DNA from: Betaproteobacteria bacterium
GTDB taxonomy: Bacteria > Pseudomonadota > Gammaproteobacteria > Burkholderiales > Ga0077523
Length of the DNA stretch: 64,000 nucleotides
Reading direction: 5' to 3'
NCBI GenBank assembly: GCA_025350245.1
Contig: JANXYG010000118.1
Span: 482 to 64,481, forward strand
Made by a program: the position numbers and the translations under genes. Below the pieces are notes generated by a model. It saw only the letters and a list, made by a program, of their open reading frames with translations. It was not told the DNA's origin and made no database searches. Shown piece after piece: positions 58,106 through 64,000 of the stretch (positions are counted from its first letter, which is position 1; every line of letters begins with the position of its first letter).

Positions 58106-59152
58106 TCAGCGGCCCCTGCGCCGCATTGCCGATCGAGCCGCAGGCACGGCGCACAGCCCCACCAGGAACATCCACCCTGTGCCCGGCTCCGGGACGGCGC
58201 TCGCGCCGAGATTCTTGAACTGCACCTGGGCGATTGGCAACTCGTCGAGGACGCTCGGACCCGGAGGATCGATGCTCACCGGGGAATACACGATGGCCAG
58301 TGCCTGCTTCGATTCCGCACCAAGGTAGGCGTGCGACACCTGGCCGAAAACATGCAGATAGGGGGCAATGGGCGAATCTTTGTCGAGTAAGCTCGAGTCA
58401 CTCAAGCGGAACCAACCCCCGCTGAAGTGTCCCTCCAGGACCACGGTACTGAACAACCGCCTCGTTTCCCGCAAGACCTCGAAGCTGCCGCCGGGGAGGG
58501 TCAGGGTTCCCGAGCCATCGACAACGACGGACCCTAACAGCGTCTCGCTGATGCGATAGCGATCGATCAGATTGCCGGGGTTCTGAAGGACGAGGCCCGG
58601 AATGTCGGCCGGGGAGATTTCCGCACTGAACGACGTGCTGAAGGTGCGGATGTCGAAGAATGCAGTCGGCGCCTCGCTGACCACCACGCCCGGCTGAAAC
58701 CGCGTGACGCTCGGCACGCCCACATTGAGCACGCCAGGGCCGCCGTGGAAGCCCAGCAGCGAAACCGCCGTGTCCGTGACCTTGAGGTATGCCTCGGTGG
58801 CGTTGCTGCCCGGGATGTTCGGGAAGCTGGAGGGACCAGTCTGGGTGTAGACCAGCGTGGCATCCGGAAAGCTCGACGCACCGGCGCCGGTTGCGGCCGG
58901 CCGCATCACCTCGGTCCACGTCGCCGATCGCTGGAGGCTGCTGAAGTCCCAGACCTGATTGGGGCCGGGGGGCGTATTCACGATCTGCGGGCCGGGGTGT
59001 GTGTCGATGGCCCAGGAGAAGGTGTCACCGGCGACCGGGAAGACACTGTTGGTCAGGGTGATCTGGGCCTGCGCGAGGCCGGGCCCCAGGAGCCCTGCCA
59101 AGCCAGCAGACAGCGCCAGCACCACGAACGAACCCACGAAACCGCGCTTCAT
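58106..59152 (-). CDS. PEP-CTERM sorting-domain protein
   Basis: 348 aa from ATG 59152. Signal peptide MKRGFVGSFVVLALSAGLAGLLGPGLAQA. C-terminus AVPEPGTGWMFLVGLCAVPAARSAMRRRGR. Confidence 0.8.
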   Translation of the reverse strand: MKRGFVGSFVVLALSAGLAGLLGPGLAQAQITLTNSVFPVAGDTFSWAIDTHPGPQIVNTPPGPNQVWDFSSLQRSATWTEVMRPAATGAGASSFPDATLVYTQTGPSSFPNIPGSNATEAYLKVTDTAVSLLGFHGGPGVLNVGVPSVTRFQPGVVVSEAPTAFFDIRTFSTSFSAEISPADIPGLVLQNPGNLIDRYRISETLLGSVVVDGSGTLTLPGGSFEVLRETRRLFSTVVLEGHFSGGWFRLSDSSLLDKDSPIAPYLHVFGQVSHAYLGAESKQALAIVYSPVSIDPPGPSVLDELPIAQVQFKNLGASAVPEPGTGWMFLVGLCAVPAARSAMRRRGR

Positions 59153-59324
59153 GCCAAGCCCTTTTATTGCGCAGATGCGTGCGCCGATGCCTATCACCGA
59201 TCAACCATCGTCCGTCAGTGGCAGCAGGCCCAGCAAGAACCCACCCCAGCTGCGGCGAAAGATAGCATCAACCGAGTGACCCGGCGCATGCCGTTGCCAT
59301 CTGAGTGTGAACCCGCACGCGTCG

Positions 59325-59600
59325 CCTGACGTGCCGACCGCTGCGGAAGCAGGCCTGCCGGATTTCACCCAGACGTCATGGGCTGGCTACTTCGCGCCGA
59401 AGGGCACGCCGCCGGACATCGTGGCCAGGTTGCAACAGGAACTCGCCCCCATCATCAAGGGCAAGGAATTCTCGGAGTGGCAGGCGAGTCTGGGTAGCGA
59501 AGCCGTTGGCAGTACTGCGGCGGAGTTCGCAGCATTCATCAAGGAGGATTGCCCGAAGTGGCGCAAGATCGCCACCGAGGCGAACATTCAGCTCGAATAG
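59325..59600 (+). pseudogene. Bug/TctC-family tripartite tricarboxylate transporter substrate-binding protein, C-terminal ~90 codons only
   Basis: ..DVPTAAEAGLPDFTQTSWAGYFAPKGTPPDIVARLQQEL..GSTAAEFAAFIKEDCPKWRKIATEANIQLE is the conserved C-terminus. There is no N-terminal ~230 aa. Confidence 0.75.
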
Positions 59601-59885
59601 CGCGGACCGTCGCCAGACCGCCGATGGTTTGAGCGTCGCTCGGCCGGTCCAATGAGAGGTCAACGCCTTGCCGAATCGCGGATGCGAGCCTCCGAATGTC
59701 GGTCGCGACTATCTCGACGAGAAGGTGACACCCGAGCAATGCGCTGCTGCCGCGCAGTTGGCCGCCAGGACCTGGAAGCCGGTCATCTCGTCGACCTGGC
59801 CATGAAGCAGCCGGAGGTGTTTGAGCAGCCGGAGAATCAGTTGACGGAATGCACCTGAGGCTGGTTGCAGGCACCGTCAATGAGT

Positions 59886-60509
59886 TCAGGAGTCCGCTAA
59901 GTGAGGTACGCGATGCCTTTTGGCACGATCAGACCGTACATTGGCGTGCTTGCGGATGTTCTTGCTGTCCACGGGCTCGCCCTTCGCCCGGCGCTCGCCC
60001 AGGTCTAACCACGCGCTGGCCTTGAGCGGAATCAGCCTGTCCTCGCCGACCCATGGCAAGCCGTCAACTTCCCTGCGACCTGCACGGATGAACTCGTAGT
60101 ACGCGTCATCGAGCAGGATGGCGGACAGACTTGCAACGGCCTCGTCGATCGGGATCGGCGTGAGGTGAGTGCCTTCGGCGAGGTTGATTCCCGCTGGAGC
60201 CCTGCAGAACAACTCCAGCATGACCGGGAAGCGCTCGTCGGCTGGCTTCTGGAATCGGTAGAACACGGGCTTTCCGGTGTCGCCGGCCTGCCGGATTTCG
60301 TAGCCGCCGGCGTCGACGAAGCTCCAGAACACTTCGCCGAACGACCGGCTGAGCGCTTCGACATGCAAGACGATGTCGAGGTCCTTCGTGGCACGAAACT
60401 CGAGCCCTGCCTCTTCCATCGCGAGCGTCGCAGCCGTGCCGCCGATCAGCACGAACTGATCAGCGTGGCCGGCGAAGTAGTCGCGAAAGACGTCCAGTCC
60501 CCTCACCAC
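59886..60509 (-). CDS. Nucleotidyltransferase-fold protein, AbiEii/AbiGii-toxin-like
   Basis: 207 aa. The NTase signature is FVLIGGTAATLAMEEAGLEFRATKDLDIVLHV (GG..x..DLD). It overlaps the upstream gene by 7 nt. The last ~20 aa (KHANVRSDRAKRHRVPHLADS) look atypical, so the 3' end may be altered. Confidence 0.6.
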   Translation of the reverse strand: MVRGLDVFRDYFAGHADQFVLIGGTAATLAMEEAGLEFRATKDLDIVLHVEALSRSFGEVFWSFVDAGGYEIRQAGDTGKPVFYRFQKPADERFPVMLELFCRAPAGINLAEGTHLTPIPIDEAVASLSAILLDDAYYEFIRAGRREVDGLPWVGEDRLIPLKASAWLDLGERRAKGEPVDSKNIRKHANVRSDRAKRHRVPHLADS

Positions 60510-61459
60510 GGAAAGCGCTCCTTCAACTCATCGAGTGCAAGTTGAACACGCTCGTCGGCGTTGTCCTGAAGGCTGAGCATCAAGGAAAGCGGATCGACCG
60601 ATTCGCTGCCCGGCATGAGCGCAGGGTTGTAGTGCCAGAGTTCCCATTCGAATGCCCCCGGCAACGGCTCAGGCAGGAGCTCGATACCGGCCTGTGTTGC
60701 GGCCTTCCACTGCGCGGCGCTGACGGCATAGATCGGCCACTGCGGCTCGGAAAGCATCGAATATCGGGCCAGAGCGCTCAAGCCCGCCAGCTTCACGTGG
60801 GGCGGCTTCCACTTGGGGACGGGACGGGTCCAGAATCGCCGCTTGATCGGGCTGCGCAGCAAAGGCTTCGCTCTCTCCCACGTCGCCGCGGCAGTGCGCT
60901 CGGTGTGCAGCCATCGCGCCCTGCCCTCGGTGCGCAACGTCGCAATGCCGGCGGCCGTGAGCTCCTTGACGGCCCGGGACTGGGTCATCGCGGTGTAGCC
61001 CAGGTCGCTGACCACCTCGGCGGGCTGCCACTGGGCGCGCCACGGCTGTCGCAGCAGGACGGTAATCAGCATTGCCTGCGTCGCCGGGCTCAGTGCGGTG
61101 TCCGGCGCGGGGGGCGGCTTGCGAAAGTACTCGCGCAAGTCGATCCCGAGATCCGGCAGATAGAGCTGGTTGCCCGGCACCAGGAACGGTACCTTCTGCT
61201 CGATGAGGCGCTTGCGCTCGTAGGACGCGAGGGTGCCGGTCACGTAGACCACCGGCATCCCGGCCAGTTGGCGCAGCTTGTCCATCTGGCCTCGGACGTT
61301 CGCCAGACCCGGCTTGTCGGCCCGCTTGCCGATCGCCAGGAGCATCTGCAGATCCATGAGCGTCAGCTCCCGGACGTCGAAGGTGTCCTGTAGAAAGTAA
61401 GGAAGCTTGCCGGCACCCGGCCACGCCCGAACCCCTAGCGCGGATTCCCAAGGTTTCAT
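60503..61459 (-). CDS. Putative cognate regulator/antitoxin (AbiEi-like role) with a central winged-helix segment
   Basis: 318 aa from ATG 61459 (an alternative GTG lies at 61492). ..AEVVSDLGYTAMTQSRAVKELTAAGIATLRTEGRARWL.. resembles a MarR-type wHTH. It is coupled to the NTase gene. The family was not firmly recognised. Confidence 0.5.
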   Translation of the reverse strand: MKPWESALGVRAWPGAGKLPYFLQDTFDVRELTLMDLQMLLAIGKRADKPGLANVRGQMDKLRQLAGMPVVYVTGTLASYERKRLIEQKVPFLVPGNQLYLPDLGIDLREYFRKPPPAPDTALSPATQAMLITVLLRQPWRAQWQPAEVVSDLGYTAMTQSRAVKELTAAGIATLRTEGRARWLHTERTAAATWERAKPLLRSPIKRRFWTRPVPKWKPPHVKLAGLSALARYSMLSEPQWPIYAVSAAQWKAATQAGIELLPEPLPGAFEWELWHYNPALMPGSESVDPLSLMLSLQDNADERVQLALDELKERFPW

Positions 61460-61510
61460 GCAGGTACGCGTGGACCAGAGCGTCCACTGCACGTTCTGGG
61501 GCGGCTTTAT

Positions 61511-61567
61511 ATAACATAACTAAAGAACGATAACATGACGTGCGTTATCGTGATAACTGACGTTATC
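61511..61567. promoter_or_regulatory. Cluster of GATAAC/GTTATC inverted repeats (candidate operator) in a divergent promoter region
   Basis: acgataac-N9-gttatcgt (61527-61551) is followed immediately by gataac-tgac-gttatc (61552-61567). The direct ataacataac sits at 61511-61520. The cluster starts about 20-50 nt upstream of the candidate start codons (61492/61459) of the AbiEi-like gene. Confidence 0.45.
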
Positions 61568-61711
61568 CTAAACGCCTGCGAGGGCCCCGAGCCCGCCGGT
61601 CGGAAAGCAAGGGGCTGCCTCCGAACCGTTCAGGCGCCAGCCTCTCAGCATGACAAAGATTTCACGAAAATCCCCTCATGTTGGACGTCGATTCGGGTTA
61701 GCTTAGTCGGG

Positions 61712-62005
61712 ATGTCGAACAAGTCTTGGATCATTCTGGCAATCTCCTATGCTGCCTTCTGTGTGCTGGTGACTTATGTCGAAGGGCCGGGCTTTCACCA
61801 CGAGGGGTTGTCAACGCGGTTGGATAAGTTGCTCGCCGCTCCGTTCCCCTGGGGCCTGATGTCGCACGGACTTCAATTTGGATATGTGCGAGGCCGGTTC
61901 TCGACAGTCGAACGCGACCACAGCCCCGTCACGTATTGGGTGAATATCGTCTTGCTCTTTCTGTTGGGACTCTTCTTTGTGTGGTGGAGCGCAACGAGCA
62001 AGTGA
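61712..62005 (+). CDS. Small hypothetical membrane protein
   Basis: 97 aa from the internal ATG at 61712. It has two hydrophobic helices (SWIILAISYAAFCVLVTYV; VNIVLLFLLGLFFVWW) and lies in a low-GC segment. Confidence 0.4.
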   Translation: MSNKSWIILAISYAAFCVLVTYVEGPGFHHEGLSTRLDKLLAAPFPWGLMSHGLQFGYVRGRFSTVERDHSPVTYWVNIVLLFLLGLFFVWWSATSK

Positions 62006-62217
62006 CTGAATAAGCTGACCGGCACACGACAAATTTTGGGCAGCCAGCCCGCTCGATAGCGGTCGGACGCGACCGGCAGGAGATGGCCGACTTTGTCCCC
62101 CGCGGTTTCGAGGGCTCAGGCTAAACGTCCCGTCGTCAGGCAGCGTCGGCACACGCCGGCACCCGACAATCACTCAGTCAGGGTGGAGGAGTTTGGGGTG
62201 GCCACAGGTGGGGGAGT

Positions 62218-62697
62218 TTGGGTGGCCGCCGGGGGTGGGTCGCCCACTGCAAATCCGCCGGCACCGGCCGCCCGGCGCTGATCTATCTCGGGCGCTATCT
62301 GTATCGCGGCGTGATCCGCGAGAACGACATCCTCGCCGTCGACAACGGCCAGGTGCGCTTCCGCTTCCGCAATGCCAAGACCGGCAGGTTCGAACACCGA
62401 ACCCTGCCCGGCGCGGACTTCCTGTGGCTCATCCTGCAGCACGTGCTGCCCAAGGGCTTTCGTCGGGCGCGCAACTTCGGCTTCCTGCACCCGAACTGCA
62501 AGCGCCTGATCGCGCTGCTGCATCTGCTGCTGCGCTTCGATCCTCAACGCGCCACGGAAGGGACAAGCAACGTGCGCCGATTCTGTGTGCGGGTGCTGTG
62601 GTGCGGTGATGACGATCGTGCGAACGCGGATTCGATCCACAGAATCAACACGCGTCACGACGCCGATTCCCACCGAGGGAACCTGCTGACCGTGTGA
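62218..62697 (+). pseudogene. IS91-family transposase, C-terminal fragment with a late frameshift
   Basis: ..WVAHCKSAGTGRPALIYLGRYLYRGVIRENDILAVDNGQVRFRFRNAKTGRFEHRTLPGADFLWLILQHVLPKGFRRARNFGFLH.. is the IS91 C-terminal region. The expected Cys-rich end (..CADSVCGCCGAVMTIVRTRI) is in another frame from about 62560. There is no N-terminal HUH domain. Confidence 0.7.
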
Positions 62698-63078
62698 CCG
62701 ATCACCAATCGATGGGTGCCTGGAGTTCAGTATCCGAAAGCTGAGGGACGAACTCGTCTCGAGCCACACTCCATCGGCGCACAAACGCTGATCTCACGTG
62801 CCTGTTGCCGCAACGGCAGCCATGACACGCGCGATCCAGCGCGCGACACACCGGTCACCACGTCAGACCGGGCTTACTCCTCGAGAGATATCTTCTGTGG
62901 CTGCCGACCGCCGCCCGTGGGCCGGGCTCGTCCAACAAACGGTTCAGACCGTGGCGTCGCTTCGCTCGCACGATCTAACCTTAGTCGTTAGGTGCCCCTG
63001 CTAATGATTGGTGCATTTGGCAATGCCACCACTTTCCGCGCATCAGACCGTTAAGCAGAATGGCACTTACTTTGGCCG

Positions 63079-64000
63079 CTACGCATGACCGTACCTGATG
63101 ACGTGTTGACGAGCCTGTGCGCGAGGCACCTTGAGCCAAGGGTAGGGTTTGGGGCGTCGTTTTCGCATTCGTGGCTCGATACGTCCAGGCCGATGGCCGA
63201 CCTTGCATTGAGCGATCGAGGCAAACAGACGCTGGCGGTCATTCGTGCTGGAAAGTCCGCGCGCGGTCCATTCCGTCCATAGCTGCACCGTGTGCTTGAA
63301 GCTCAAGCTGCGTGGGTCCACATTGGCATTGCAGGCGGCCTGCGCCATGAGCAGCCGAATCACGTTGTAGGCCAGCAGATGAACCCACAGCTGTTTGTCG
63401 TTCATCTGCGGCGTCTGGCAGCTCAGGACGTCCATGCCCGTGGTGGTCTTGAGGTTGCGCAGGTCCAGCTCGACGTTCCAGCGTCGCGCGTACAGCGCCG
63501 CGAGATCAGCCTTGCTGACCCGCCGATGATCGAGCAGCGTGGTGACCAGCACCTGATGCGCGACGTTGACTTCACGCAGCGTGATTGCATCGGGCGCGTT
63601 GGCGTATTGCTCGGGCGTCATCCACTCGGGACGGGTCGCCGGCTTGGGCCAGCGCACGATGTGATCGCGCGTGCCAAGCGACTGTCCGCGCCGGAAGTCG
63701 GTGATGCGCGAACCGTGTTGCTCGAACAGCACATCCACGCCTCGGGCCATCAGATCGGCGACCAGGAAGTAGTTGCAGTACAGCGCATCGGCGAGCATCA
63801 CATCGCCTGGGTTGAAACCATTGAGCAGGCCGCGCACCAGGCCGAGTTCTCCGCTGCCTTTGCCCTGATGCGGCCCGATCGCCATATCCAGCGCGGCACC
63901 GGTGGCCAGGCAACTCACCATCACCAGCCGCGCCAGCGGAAAGCCAACGCCAGCGGCCTGCGAGCTGGGCTGGGGATACGCCGCTTGGTTCTCCGCGGTA
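63079..64000 (-). CDS. IS4-family DDE transposase, 5' end beyond the window edge
   Basis: The frame is open to the window end (..QPSSQAAGVGFPLARLVMMVSCLATGAALD..). ..DVMLADALYCNYFLVADL..LAALYARRWNVELDLRNLKTT..RKRRPKPYPWLKVPR.. It belongs to a different lineage from the IS4 fragment at 2..915 (clearly different sequence). Confidence 0.8.
   Translation of the reverse strand, partial: TAENQAAYPQPSSQAAGVGFPLARLVMVSCLATGAALDMAIGPHQGKGSGELGLVRGLLNGFNPGDVMLADALYCNYFLVADLMARGVDVLFEQHGSRITDFRRGQSLGTRDHIVRWPKPATRPEWMTPEQYANAPDAITLREVNVAHQVLVTTLLDHRRVSKADLAALYARRWNVELDLRNLKTTTGMDVLSCQTPQMNDKQLWVHLLAYNVIRLLMAQAACNANVDPRSLSFKHTVQLWTEWTARGLSSTNDRQRLFASIAQCKVGHRPGRIEPRMRKRRPKPYPWLKVPRAQARQHVIRYGHA

Noticed and set aside
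62170-62784. 204-aa minus-strand ORF.
   Set aside because: It is antisense to the recognisable IS91 transposase fragment (62218..62697) and has no motifs of its own.

Overview
High-GC (~65-68% by eye) chromosomal segment with betaproteobacterial gene order. All family assignments below come from reading motifs by eye. No searches were run.

Core block (19.5-49.3 kb, almost all on the minus strand):
- dnaB, interrupted by an in-frame 352-aa intein
- rplI-rpsR-priB-rpsF, then rlmB-rnr
- tRNA-Leu(CAG)
- purA-hisZ-hflC-hflK-hflX-hfq-der-bamB-yfgM-hisS-ispG-rodZ-pilW-rlmN-ndk
- a DctPQM-type TRAP transporter, tilS, accA and a small cytochrome c

Two accessory regions flank the core. Each ends at the window edge in a different IS4-family transposase.

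Left region (1-19.4 kb):
- a ParD/ParE-like TA pair
- three PEP-CTERM genes, one multiply frameshifted
- a translationally coupled six-gene operon: an enediyne-type iterative PKS (KS-AT-ACP-KR-DH-PPTase), a hot-dog thioesterase, UnbL/UnbV/UnbU-like proteins and an MFS pump
- The roughly 14.5 kb holding this operon and two PEP-CTERM genes lies between partial second copies of the neighbouring hemerythrin and Uma2 genes. An internally deleted IS1595-type element sits just outside it.
- This stand-alone enediyne-type cassette in a proteobacterial context is the most interesting thing in the window.

Right region (49.3-64 kb) is a lower-GC patchwork:
- a HigB-2/HigA-2-like pair with a frameshifted toxin
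- a class-II Fic protein
- an HTH-ImmA/IrrE + PIN pair
- a HigB/HigA pair
- an AbiEi/AbiEii-like pair
- another PEP-CTERM gene and a DUF4337 gene
- many gene fragments: HupE, TctC, IS91 and an antidote remnant

No rRNA genes or CRISPR arrays were seen.
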